From contig NZ_SDDV01000009.1 of the NCBI RefSeq assembly GCF_014773545.1, positions 16,836 through 80,835 on the forward strand: DNA of 64,000 bases, written 5' to 3'. The stretch comes from Hydrogenophaga sp. (GTDB lineage: Bacteria > Pseudomonadota > Gammaproteobacteria > Burkholderiales > Burkholderiaceae_C). The notes under the pieces are model-generated. The model searched no databases. It worked only from the letters and a program-made list of their open reading frames with translations, and had not been told where the DNA came from. The translations under genes were made by a program, and so were the position numbers. Positions 41,586 through 51,098 of this stretch are shown here, piece after piece. Position 1 is the stretch's first letter, and each line of letters starts with the position of its first letter.

Positions 41586-42664
41586 GCATAGAAATTCGCA
41601 AAGTCGACAAGCAATTCGGCGACTTTCAAGCCCTCAAACAGGTCAACCTGGACATTGCTTCGGGCGAGCTGCTGGCTTTGCTCGGACCGTCGGGTTGCGG
41701 CAAGACCACGCTGCTGCGCATTATTGCCGGACTGGAAACGGCCGATCGGGGCAGCATTTTGTTTGCCGGTGAAGACGCAACCGACAAGCACGTGCGCGAT
41801 CGCAACGTGGGTTTTGTCTTTCAGCACTACGCGCTGTTTCGCCACATGACGGTGTTCGAGAACGTGGCCTTTGGTCTGCGCGTCAAGCCGCGCGCACTGC
41901 GCCCGAGCGAGGCACAGATCAAGAAAAAAGTGCACGACCTGCTGGCACTGGTGCAGCTCGACTGGCTGGCCGACCGCTTCCCGGCGCAGCTCTCGGGCGG
42001 GCAGCGTCAGCGCATCGCGCTGGCGCGCGCGCTGGCGGTCGAGCCCAAGGTGCTGCTGCTGGACGAGCCCTTTGGCGCGCTCGACGCCAAAGTGCGCAAG
42101 GAACTGCGGCGTTGGCTGCGCCGTCTGCACGACGAACTGCACGTGACCAGCATCTTCGTCACCCACGACCAGGAGGAGGCGCTGGAAGTGGCCGACCGCG
42201 TGGTGCTGATGAACAAGGGCCAGATCGAGCAGGTCGGAACGCCACAAGAGGTGTGGGAGCACCCGGCCAACCCCTTTGTGTATGGTTTTCTGGGCGACGT
42301 GAACCTGTTTCATGGCCGCGCGCACGAAGGCTTGCTGCACCTGGACGGCGTCTCGATAGAATCGCCCGAGCACGCCCAGGCACAAGACGCCAAAGCCTTT
42401 GCCTACGTGCGGCCGCACGACCTGGACGTGCAGCACTACCGCGCCGGCTTGGTCGGCATCGTCGCCACGCTCGAGCGCGCCATCGTAGTCGGGCCGCTGG
42501 CGCGGCTGGAGTTGCTGCCAGTCGACGCGCAGGGCCGCGCCGGCGCCGACGCGCTGATCGAGGCGCAGATTTCAGCCGAACACTTTCGAGCGCTCGCCCT
42601 CAAGGACGGCGACACCGTGGTGCTGGCACCGAAAAAGGCGCGCGTTTTTCTGCAGCCGGCTTGA
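41582..42664 (+). CDS. cysA: Sulfate ABC transporter ATPase CysA
   Basis: [32 protein letters not shown]-like C-terminus; start MSIEIRK. Confidence 0.95.
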   Translation: MSIEIRKVDKQFGDFQALKQVNLDIASGELLALLGPSGCGKTTLLRIIAGLETADRGSILFAGEDATDKHVRDRNVGFVFQHYALFRHMTVFENVAFGLRVKPRALRPSEAQIKKKVHDLLALVQLDWLADRFPAQLSGGQRQRIALARALAVEPKVLLLDEPFGALDAKVRKELRRWLRRLHDELHVTSIFVTHDQEEALEVADRVVLMNKGQIEQVGTPQEVWEHPANPFVYGFLGDVNLFHGRAHEGLLHLDGVSIESPEHAQAQDAKAFAYVRPHDLDVQHYRAGLVGIVATLERAIVVGPLARLELLPVDAQGRAGADALIEAQISAEHFRALALKDGDTVVLAPKKARVFLQPA

Positions 42665-42723
42665 ATAATGTGCCAGGCGTACCGTTTTCTGATTCCTGTT
42701 CAATCACATTTTTGGAGGTGACG

Positions 42724-43041
42724 ATGGTGAAATCGACCAAGCGGCTGATGGCAGCCGCGTTGTGTGTCGCAGCCGCTGGGGCGCACGCCCAGAGCACCCC
42801 GATAGACCCGCTGCAAGTGCGGGTCTGGGCGGCGTCTTGTGCAGCCTGTCATGGCACGGCAGGCCGCGCCCAGCCTGGCATGGCATCGCTGGCCGGCAGA
42901 AGTGCGGCAGAGCTGACCCGTCTGATGATGGACTTCAAAGCCGACCGCAAACCCGCCACCGTCATGCACCAACTCGCCAAGGGTTTTTCGGACGAACAGA
43001 TCCAGCAGATCTCGGCTTATTTTGCCGCCCAACCGAAATAA
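42724..43041 (+). CDS. fccA: Monoheme c-type cytochrome, flavocytochrome c subunit
   Basis: Signal peptide, one CAACH, MHQLAKGFSDEQI; directly upstream of the flavoprotein. Confidence 0.8.
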   Translation: MVKSTKRLMAAALCVAAAGAHAQSTPIDPLQVRVWAASCAACHGTAGRAQPGMASLAGRSAAELTRLMMDFKADRKPATVMHQLAKGFSDEQIQQISAYFAAQPK

Positions 43042-43051
43042 GAAAGCCGCC

Positions 43052-44332
43052 ATGAAAAGACGTCAATTTGTACATGCCGCTACAGCGACTTCTGCCATTG
43101 CCGGTCTGGGCTTGCTCGGCGGTTGCGCCACCCCTGGGCCCGGTGCGCCCAAAGTGGTCGTGGTCGGTGCCGGCTATGGTGGTGCCACGGCGGCCAAATA
43201 CCTGCGCTTGTTTTCCAACCAGGGCATAGACGTGACCCTGGTCGAACCCAACGCCAGCTTCATTTCTTGCCCGATCTCCAATCTGGTGCTGGGTGGCCAC
43301 AAAAACATGGCTTTCATCACCCACTCCTACGAGAACCTGCAACGCCGCCACGGCGTCAAGTTGGTGCGCGATAGCGTGACCCGGATCGACGCCGAGCAGC
43401 GCCGCGTCCGCCTGGCTGGCGGTGGCGAACTGCCTTACGACCGCCTGATTCTCTCTCCTGGCATCGACTTCATGTGGGAAACCCTGCCCGGCATGGCCAG
43501 CCAGGCTGCCAAAGACAAGGTGTTGCACGCCTGGAAGGCCGGCCCGCAAACGGCGGCGCTGCGCCAACAACTGCAAGCCATGCCGGATGGCGGCGTCTAC
43601 GCCCTTTCGATTCCCATGGTTCCGTATCGCTGCCCGCCCGGCCCTTACGAGCGCGCCTGTATGGTGGCCAGCTATTTCAAGCAAGCCAAACCCCGCAGCA
43701 AGGTCATCATTTTCGACGCCAACGACGACGTCACCTCCAAACGCGGTCTGTTCCTCAGGGCCTGGGCCGATCACTACAAAGACATCATCGAATACCGGCC
43801 CAAGCACCGCGTCATCGACGTCGATGCCGCCACCAACACGCTGCAGTTCGAATTCAATGACCCCTTCACCGCCAGCGTGGCCAATGTGGTTCCCAGCCAG
43901 CGCGCTGGCGCCATCGCCGTCCAGTCCGGACTGGCCACCGCCAACCAGCGCTGGTGCGAGGTCGATTTCCTGAGCTTCGAATCCAAGGCTGCGAAGCATA
44001 TCCACGTGCTGGGCGACGCGATTCAGATCGCACCAGGCATGCCCAAATCGGGCCACATGGCGAACCAGCACGCCAAGGTCTGCGCGGCGGCGGTGCTGTC
44101 CTTGTTGCAAGGCAAAGAGCCCCCGAGTCTGCCGCTTTACGCCAACACCTGCTACAGCTTTGTGACGGCCGAGGAGGCGATTCACGTCGCCAGCGTGCAC
44201 CGTTTTGACGCCGCACAAAGAACCATGCTCACCGTGCCGGGCTCAGGCGGCGTCTCAAGCGCCGCCAATGAACTCGAAGCCTTCTACGCCATCGGTTGGG
44301 CGCGCAACATCTGGGCCGATTCTCTGGGTTGA
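43052..44332 (+). CDS. fccB: Flavocytochrome c sulfide dehydrogenase flavoprotein (FccB/SoxF)
   Basis: Tat/lipoprotein leader MKRRQF...LGGC, VVVGAGYGGATAAKY, SCPISN, YRCPPGPYERA, PKSGHMAN, NTCYS. Confidence 0.92.
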   Translation: MKRRQFVHAATATSAIAGLGLLGGCATPGPGAPKVVVVGAGYGGATAAKYLRLFSNQGIDVTLVEPNASFISCPISNLVLGGHKNMAFITHSYENLQRRHGVKLVRDSVTRIDAEQRRVRLAGGGELPYDRLILSPGIDFMWETLPGMASQAAKDKVLHAWKAGPQTAALRQQLQAMPDGGVYALSIPMVPYRCPPGPYERACMVASYFKQAKPRSKVIIFDANDDVTSKRGLFLRAWADHYKDIIEYRPKHRVIDVDAATNTLQFEFNDPFTASVANVVPSQRAGAIAVQSGLATANQRWCEVDFLSFESKAAKHIHVLGDAIQIAPGMPKSGHMANQHAKVCAAAVLSLLQGKEPPSLPLYANTCYSFVTAEEAIHVASVHRFDAAQRTMLTVPGSGGVSSAANELEAFYAIGWARNIWADSLG

Positions 44333-44345
44333 CCTTGAACATTGC

Positions 44346-44559
44346 CTATTTGTCAAGTTCCGCCTGTTTATAGACGCGCTGGATGAAGAGTTCCGGTTTT
44401 TTCTCGCGCCAGGACTTGAGGGCATCGACCGGTGAAAGATGTCCAAGCGAGCGCTGCGGGATGTGGTGGTTGTACGTAAACATGTAGTTGTTCAAAGTCG
44501 CATCGAGGCCGAGCGGCCGATGCGAACCGGGTTTACTGGACAAGCTCACTGATGCGGCC
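44346..44559 (-). mobile_element. Decayed 3' end of an IS481-family-like transposase
   Basis: GRISELVQ*TRFASAA[+1]LDATLNNYMFTYNHHIPQRSLGHLSPVDALKSW...; in-frame TAA at 44533-44535, frameshift near 44510, TGT terminus at 44351. Confidence 0.7.
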
Positions 44560-44810
44560 CCTGCTGGGGCTCAATGACAGAAAATCCAAAGACACAAACA
44601 GCCAACTTGACCGTCAGACCAGCACGGTCTGACTCAAGCCAGCAGGCCTCCTCGAATCCCGGTGCGGGTCAGTTTACACATTCCAGCGCGACCATGGCAG
44701 CACCCGTCAAACGCCGCGCCACCGATCCGGGCTTGCCGGACAATTGAATTAATGCCGCTGCAACGAATCTATAAACTACGTCCAGTCTCTTCTCATTGCC
44801 GGAACACGAT

Positions 44811-45266
44811 ATGAACCCATCACGCCGCGTTGCACTCAAAGCCAGCGGGGCCTTTGCTGTGCTGGTTTCGTTGGGCATCGCCACCCCAAGTCAGGCCCAG
44901 AGCGCCATGAACCGCGCCGGTTTTCAAGCAAAAACCCTCAGCGATGCCCTGCGTGCCCTGGGAAGCACCCCCGCCACCAGCGATCAGGTCAGCGTCGTCT
45001 CGCCCGACGTTGCGGAAAACGGTGCCGTGGTACCGGTGAGCGCGATCAGCAGGCTGCTCAACACCACAGAGATTTATTTTCTGGTCGAGAAGAATCCGCT
45101 GCCGCTGGCGGCCGCCTTCTTCTTACCTGCCGGCACCGCAGCCGACGTTCAAACGCGACTGAAAATGAGCGAGAGCAGCAACGTGGTGGTGGTGGTGCGT
45201 GCAGGTGGGCGGCTGTTTTCAGCCGTCAAGGCAACCCGGGTGACGCTGGGCGGCTGCGGTGGCTGA
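44811..45266 (+). CDS. soxY: Sulfur carrier protein SoxY
   Basis: Tat leader SRRVALK, PDVAENGAVVPV, C-terminal VTLGGCGG swinging arm. Confidence 0.95.
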   Translation: MNPSRRVALKASGAFAVLVSLGIATPSQAQSAMNRAGFQAKTLSDALRALGSTPATSDQVSVVSPDVAENGAVVPVSAISRLLNTTEIYFLVEKNPLPLAAAFFLPAGTAADVQTRLKMSESSNVVVVVRAGGRLFSAVKATRVTLGGCGG

Positions 45267-45330
45267 GTGCGGCTGCAAATCTCAGACCTTACGGCAAGCA
45301 CACCTTCATTGAACTTTTCAGGAGTCCCTC

Positions 45331-45642
45331 ATGGCTGATCCGATGCGCATTCGCGCCGCCCTTGCCGGTGAGGAAACCACCGTGCGCGTGTTGATGTCCC
45401 ACCCCATGGAGACCGGGCTTCGCAGAGACGCGGCCGGGGCCCTCGTGCCGGCCCACTACATCAGGGATGTGCAGGCCACGCACAACGGCCGCACGGTGCT
45501 CAGGGCGGCATTCAGCACCGCGGTATCGCAAAACCCGTTCATCTTGTTCAAATTTCGCGGTGCGGCCAGGGGTGACAAGGTCAGCATCCGCTGGGTCGAC
45601 AACCGCGGTGCAACCCGCACCGACGAGGCCACCATCACCTGA
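45331..45642 (+). CDS. soxZ: Sulfur carrier partner SoxZ
   Basis: MSHPMETGLRRD...PAHYI...VSQNPF...WVDNRG. Confidence 0.95.
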   Translation: MADPMRIRAALAGEETTVRVLMSHPMETGLRRDAAGALVPAHYIRDVQATHNGRTVLRAAFSTAVSQNPFILFKFRGAARGDKVSIRWVDNRGATRTDEATIT

Positions 45643-45650
45643 GCAGACGC

Positions 45651-46046
45651 CCTTGTGCCGGACGCGCCTTCCTTGTCGGCAGTTACACCCACCCCGAATA
45701 CGCGGTCTCCATGGCCGCGACTTTCGCGCTGATGGGTGCAAACGCCATGCTGCTGCGCGGCACAGAGGGCGAACCGGTGGCCGATGCGCGCCGCATACCG
45801 CAGATGGAGCTGTTTCGTGGCGGACAACGAATTGCCACCCAGGCGGCACAAAGCGGCCCCTTGTCCGATCTGCCTGCGCTGCCCAGAACGGTCGATGCCG
45901 CGCGCACCGCAGATGACATCCGAATCGTGCTGACGGGGGCGTTGCCGCTTGCAGCGCCGATTGCGTTGCAGGTCGAACTCATCCGGCGTGGAATTTCCCA
46001 CCTGCAAGCACGGGTACGAGAGGCCAGTGCCCAGGCCAGCGCCTGA
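45651..46046 (+). pseudogene. ybiB: 5'-truncated YbiB (TrpD-like DNA-binding protein), C-terminal portion only
   Basis: PCAGRAFLVGSYTHPEYAVSM...LLRGTEGEPVADARRIPQM matches the YbiB SHPEY/GTEGE motifs; there is no room for the N-terminal part because soxZ ends 9 nt upstream. Confidence 0.7.
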
Positions 46047-46240
46047 CGGTCTACCCCGGCGCAGGTGCCGCTGCGCAATAAGGGCTATCAAGCCGGCGCC
46101 GCCCGGGTGGCTGCCTCGGGACAGCGCAAACTTGGCCCATGCGCTGAAACCGGCATTGAACAGCACAGCGCCAGCAGGTATCGAGTGGACGCTGCGCCGG
46201 TTGCGCTGGCGCGCCCAGGCGCAACCCAAGGGTCTGGCGC

Positions 46241-47701
46241 TCAGGCGGTGCCGCCGACCGTCAGGCCGTCGATGCGCAGCGTCGGCTGGCCCACGCCGAC
46301 CGGAACACTCTGGCCTTCTTTTCCGCAAACGCCCACGCCGCTGTCGAGCCGCATGTCGTTGCCTATCATACAGACGCGGGTCAGTGTGTCCGGGCCGCTG
46401 CCGACCAGGGTGGCCCCCTTGACCGGGTACTGAATGCGACCGTTTTCAACCCAGTACGCCAGGCTGGCAGAGAAGACGAATTTGCCGCTGGTGATGTCGA
46501 CTTGACCGCCACCGAAGTGGGTGGCGTACAAGCCGCGCTCGATGCTGGCGATGATTTCCTCCGGTGCCCGGTCGCCGCTCAGCATATAGGTGTTGGTCAT
46601 GCGCGGCATCGGCACGTGCGCGTAGCTCTCGCGCCGCGCGTTGCCGGTCGGCGAGACGCCGAGCAGGCGCGCATTTTGTGCGTCTTGCAAATAGCCGCGC
46701 AAAATACCGTCTTCGATCAGCACGTTTTTTTGCGTCGGACAACCTTCGTCGTCGATGTTGAGCGAGCCGCGCCGATCGGGCAAGGTGCCGTCGTCGAGAA
46801 CGGTCACGCCCTTGGCCGCCACGCGCTGGCCGATGCGCCCGGCAAAGGCGCTCGATCCCTTGCGGTTGAAATCGCCCTCGAGTCCGTGCCCCACCGCTTC
46901 GTGCAGCAGCACACCGGGCCAACCTGGCCCCAGCACCACCACCATTTCACCGGCCGGCGCGGGCCGGGCATCCAGATTGGTCAGCGCCGCAGATACCGCC
47001 TCGTCGACATAGGACTGCAGCATGGCGGCGTCAAAGTACGCCAGACCAAAGCGGCCGCCGCCGCCCGAGCTGCCCACTTCGCGGCGGCCGTTGTACTCGG
47101 CAATCACGCTGACCGACAAGCGAACCAGCGGCCGCACGTCGGCCGCCAGGGTGCCGTCGGCGCGCGCCACCAGCACCACGTCGTGCTCACTGGCCAAGCC
47201 GGCCATGACCTGCACCACGCGCGGGTCTTTGGCCTTGGCCAGCCGCTCGACTTGTTCGAGCAGTGCCACCTTGGCGCTGCTGTCTAGCGTGCCGATCGGG
47301 TCCAGGCCGGGGTAGAGCGAGCGCGACCGGGCCACTTTGCTGCGCGGCAGTCGCACCTGGCCCGACTGCCCCTGCGCGCTGATCGAGCGCACGGTGTGGG
47401 CGGCGTCGAGCAGCGCACTCCAGGACAAGTCGTCCGAGTAGGCAAAAGCGGTTTTCTCACCGCTGACGGCGCGCACCCCCACGCCTTGATCGATGCTGAA
47501 GCTGCCGGTCTTGACGATGCCCTCTTCCAGGCTCCAGCCTTCGCTGCGGGTGGACTGGAAATACAGGTCGGCGTCGTGCGCGCCGTGCGCCATGATCTCG
47601 CTCAGCGCGCGGCGCAGCTTGGCGATGTTCAGGCCATAGGGTTCGAGCAGCAGGCTCTGGGCGCTGGCCAGTCGGGCCAAGGTGGGTTCGCGTGCAATCA
47701 T
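46241..47701 (-). CDS. tldD: Metalloprotease TldD
   Basis: MIAREPT, GVLLHEAVGHGLEGDFNRKG, PRMTNTYM, CGKEGQSVPVGVGQPT. Confidence 0.96.
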   Translation of the reverse strand: MIAREPTLARLASAQSLLLEPYGLNIAKLRRALSEIMAHGAHDADLYFQSTRSEGWSLEEGIVKTGSFSIDQGVGVRAVSGEKTAFAYSDDLSWSALLDAAHTVRSISAQGQSGQVRLPRSKVARSRSLYPGLDPIGTLDSSAKVALLEQVERLAKAKDPRVVQVMAGLASEHDVVLVARADGTLAADVRPLVRLSVSVIAEYNGRREVGSSGGGGRFGLAYFDAAMLQSYVDEAVSAALTNLDARPAPAGEMVVVLGPGWPGVLLHEAVGHGLEGDFNRKGSSAFAGRIGQRVAAKGVTVLDDGTLPDRRGSLNIDDEGCPTQKNVLIEDGILRGYLQDAQNARLLGVSPTGNARRESYAHVPMPRMTNTYMLSGDRAPEEIIASIERGLYATHFGGGQVDITSGKFVFSASLAYWVENGRIQYPVKGATLVGSGPDTLTRVCMIGNDMRLDSGVGVCGKEGQSVPVGVGQPTLRIDGLTVGGTA

Positions 47702-47746
47702 GCCGCACATTGTAGGCAGACCGGGCGCTGGCCGCTGGCCGCGCGC

Positions 47747-48907
47747 TCAGGACGGCATCAGCCGCCGGGCTCTGGCAATCGACAGCAACATGCCCAGCCC
47801 CACGCCCAGTGTGACCATGGCGGTGCCGCCGTAGCTGATAAAGGGCAGCGGCAGACCCACCACCGGCAAGATGCCACTGACCATGCCGATATTGACGAAC
47901 ACATGCACGAAAATACTCAGCGACAAGGCTGCGGCGAGCAAGCGGGCAAACAGCGTCGGCGCCTCCAGCGCGATTTGCAAGCCGCGCACGATGAGAAAAA
48001 GGAAACCACCGAACAGAATCAACACGCCGACAAGACCGAATTCTTCGGCAAAGGCGGCGTAGACAAAGTCGGTGGTGCGCTCGGGAATGAATTCCAGGTG
48101 GGTCTGGGTGCCCTGCATGAAACCCTTGCCCCAGATGCCGCCCGAGCCGATGGCGATCGTGCTCTGGATGACGTGAAAACCCTGGCCGAGCGGGTCTTCC
48201 AGCGGGTCGAGCAAGGTACAGACCCGGCGGCGCTGGTATTCGTGCAGCACCTGCCAGTCAACCCCGGGCGCGCACCACTGCGGCTCCATCACGATCAGCG
48301 CAACCACGCCAAGCGCCGCCAGCAGCAACGGTGGCAGGATGAATTTCCAGCTCAGGCCGGCGAAGAAAATTACAAACAAGCCAGTCGCCAGCACCAGCAA
48401 GGCGGTGCCCAGATCGGGCTGGTTGATGATGAGTGCGGTCGGCAGCGCCAGCACCAGCAGCGCGACGACGAAGTCAAGCGGCATCAAACGCCCTTCGCGG
48501 CGGTGAAACCACCAGGCCAGCATCAGCGGCATGGCGATTTTCAGCAGCTCGCTGGGCTGAATGACGACGCCCAGATCGATCCAGCGCTGCGAGCCCTTGC
48601 GCTCGATGCCAAACAGCTCGACCCCGAGCAGCAGCAATACCCCGGCGACGTAGATGGGCAGCGCCAGCGCCATCAGCCGCTGCGGCGGGATCTGCGCCAC
48701 CAGCAGCAGCACCAGCAGCGCAATCAGCATGTTGCGGCCGTGCTGGGAAAAACGCGCGCCGTGGTCAAAACCCACCGAATACATGGTCAGCAAACCCAGG
48801 CCGGCCAGCAGTGCCATGGCCAGCAGCAGCGGCGCGTCAAAACCCCGGAAAACCGGGGCGATACGCTGGCGCAAGGGGAGCTTGTTGAGGACGAGGGGCA
48901 CGGTCAT
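47747..48907 (-). CDS. rodA: Rod shape-determining SEDS protein RodA
   Basis: IQPSELLK, QPDLGT, GYHVIQS-like GFHVIQSTIAIGSGG, FIPERTTDF, LPFISYGGT. Confidence 0.93.
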   Translation of the reverse strand: MTVPLVLNKLPLRQRIAPVFRGFDAPLLLAMALLAGLGLLTMYSVGFDHGARFSQHGRNMLIALLVLLLVAQIPPQRLMALALPIYVAGVLLLLGVELFGIERKGSQRWIDLGVVIQPSELLKIAMPLMLAWWFHRREGRLMPLDFVVALLVLALPTALIINQPDLGTALLVLATGLFVIFFAGLSWKFILPPLLLAALGVVALIVMEPQWCAPGVDWQVLHEYQRRRVCTLLDPLEDPLGQGFHVIQSTIAIGSGGIWGKGFMQGTQTHLEFIPERTTDFVYAAFAEEFGLVGVLILFGGFLFLIVRGLQIALEAPTLFARLLAAALSLSIFVHVFVNIGMVSGILPVVGLPLPFISYGGTAMVTLGVGLGMLLSIARARRLMPS

Positions 48908-48991
48908 GGATTATCCGAGATTGTCCCGGATTGCCCGCCTGTGCTACTGGCGGGCGCGCCGGCGGGGCGCATGCATGGGACAATTCCGCCC

Positions 48992-51091
48992 ATGCACATC
49001 TTGTTCGACGAAGCCGGCAAACTGCTGACCGGACGCTTGCTGTCCGAAACAGACCATTCACTCCAGGTGGAATTGGACTCGGGCAAGCGCTTGAAAGTAA
49101 AAACCACCAACGCCTTGCTGCGTTTCGATAAACCCGCGCCGGCCCAGCTCATGGCTGCCGCGAGCGCGCTGGCGGCAGCCATGGAGCTGGAGCTGGCGTA
49201 CGAGTTTGCGCCGCCAGACGAGTTTGGTTTTGTCGATCTGGCGCATGAATACTTCAGCCGCCCGGCCGACGCCGAACACCAGGTGGCCGCGCTGCTGTGC
49301 ATGCACGGTGCGCCGCACTACTTTCGCCGCGCCGGCAAAGGCCGCTTCAAGAAGGCGCCGGCCGACATTCTGGCGCAGGCGCTGGCGGCCATAGAGAAAA
49401 AGCGCGTCCTGCAAGAGCAAATCGACGCCTGGGCCGCCGAGTTGCTCAGCGGGCAGTGTCCGGCGCCGGTGCGCGATCAGCTCTACAAAATCCTGTTCCA
49501 GCCGGACAAAAACGCACCCGCGTACAAGGCCGTGGTGCATGCCGCGCGCCACAGCCACAGCGCGCCGCTGGCCCTGCTGCAAAACGCCGGCGCGATTGAA
49601 AGCGCCTACCAGTTCCACTGGCAGCGTTTTCTGCACGAGCAGTTTCCCAAGGGAGCGGGTTTTGCGTCCGTTCCAGTGCCGCTGCCAGGCAACGGCGAGG
49701 AGCTGCCGCTGGCAGCGGTGCAGGCGTTTTCCATCGACGACTCGCACACCACCGAGATCGACGACGCGCTCTCGCTGCAAGGCCTGGGCACGGGCACGGT
49801 GACGCTGGGCATACACATTGCCGCCCCCGCTTTGGGCATCAGCCCGAACGGCGCGCTCGACCAGATAGCGCGCGCGCGCCTGTCCACGGTCTACATGCCA
49901 GGCCACAAAATCACCATGCTGCCCGACGCCGTGGTGCAAGCCTACACACTGGAGGCCGGACGCGATTGCCCGGCCGTCTCACTCTACCTGACGTTTGACG
50001 AGGGCACGCTGGCGCTGCAAGATAGCCGCACCGCCGTCGAGCGGGTGCCGATAGCACACAACCTGCGCCACGACCAACTCGACACCGTCATCACCCCAGA
50101 CTGGCTGCTCGGCCAAGTCAGCGCCAGCACGGCAGCGCCTGATGTTGCCACGCTGCAACCCACGCTGGCCTTCATCCACCGGCTGGCGCTGCAACTCAAA
50201 GCCGAGCGCGAGCTGCAGCGCGGCAAACCCGAAACCTTTACCCGCCCGGACTACAACTTCCGCCTTGAAGGCCTCAGTGGCCACGCACCCACCGGAGACG
50301 AAACCGTCGTCATCAGCACCCGCCAGCGCGGCGCGCCGCTGGACTTGATGGTGGCCGAGACCATGATTCTGGCCAACAGCCACTGGGGCCAGTGGCTGGC
50401 CGAGTGCGGCGTGCCCGGCATCTACCGCAGCCAGGCCAGTCTGGCGCCCGGCGTCAAGGTGCGCATGGGCAGCAAAGCGCTGCCGCACGCCGGCCTGGGC
50501 GTCAAAAGCTACGCCTGGAGCAGCTCGCCGCTGCGCCGCTACGTCGATCTGGTCAACCAGTGGCAAATCATTGCCTGCGCACGCCACGGCAAAGCGGCTG
50601 CGTTGGCCGCACCATTCAAACCCAAAGACGTCAACCTGTTTGCGGTCATCAGCGCATTTGACGCCGCCTACACCGCTTACCACGCGTTCCAGTCCGGCAT
50701 GGAGCGCTACTGGACGCTGCAGTACCTGCGGCAAAACGGCATTACCGAACTGAGCGCCACCTTGATCAAGGACAATCTGGTGCGCGCCGATACGCTGCCG
50801 CTGGTGCTGCCGGTGCTGGGCGCAGAAGGCCTGCCGCGCGGTGCGCACCTGCGGGTGCGGCTGGGCCAGATCGACCTCATGACGCTGGAGCTCAACGCCA
50901 GCGTGCAAGAGCGGCTAGACCTGCCGCTGGCCGAGCTGCCCGACAACGGCGATGCGGCCGACGAAGACGGCGACGATGCCTTGCTGGCGGCGCCGCTGGC
51001 GCTGGCCATCGACGTCAACGAGAACGAGGGCGAAGACCCGGCGGCGGCCCCAACCCAGCAGCCCGCCCTGAGCCCCACGGCCGAACCCTGA
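48992..51091 (+). CDS. RNB-domain (RNase II/R family) exoribonuclease
   Basis: Start MHILFDEAGK; SIDDSHTTEIDDA catalytic motif, SSPLRRYVDLVNQ. Confidence 0.88.
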   Translation: MHILFDEAGKLLTGRLLSETDHSLQVELDSGKRLKVKTTNALLRFDKPAPAQLMAAASALAAAMELELAYEFAPPDEFGFVDLAHEYFSRPADAEHQVAALLCMHGAPHYFRRAGKGRFKKAPADILAQALAAIEKKRVLQEQIDAWAAELLSGQCPAPVRDQLYKILFQPDKNAPAYKAVVHAARHSHSAPLALLQNAGAIESAYQFHWQRFLHEQFPKGAGFASVPVPLPGNGEELPLAAVQAFSIDDSHTTEIDDALSLQGLGTGTVTLGIHIAAPALGISPNGALDQIARARLSTVYMPGHKITMLPDAVVQAYTLEAGRDCPAVSLYLTFDEGTLALQDSRTAVERVPIAHNLRHDQLDTVITPDWLLGQVSASTAAPDVATLQPTLAFIHRLALQLKAERELQRGKPETFTRPDYNFRLEGLSGHAPTGDETVVISTRQRGAPLDLMVAETMILANSHWGQWLAECGVPGIYRSQASLAPGVKVRMGSKALPHAGLGVKSYAWSSSPLRRYVDLVNQWQIIACARHGKAAALAAPFKPKDVNLFAVISAFDAAYTAYHAFQSGMERYWTLQYLRQNGITELSATLIKDNLVRADTLPLVLPVLGAEGLPRGAHLRVRLGQIDLMTLELNASVQERLDLPLAELPDNGDAADEDGDDALLAAPLALAIDVNENEGEDPAAAPTQQPALSPTAEP

Positions 51092-51098
51092 GGCTGGC

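Noticed and set aside
47747-48907. rodA without adjacent mrdA/mreBCD
   Set aside because: Separation is plausible as ordinary lineage gene order; no disruption scar seen
47396-48991. Apparent N-terminal extension making a 1231-aa RNB fusion
   Set aside because: It is antisense to rodA and tldD; the real start is ATG 48992
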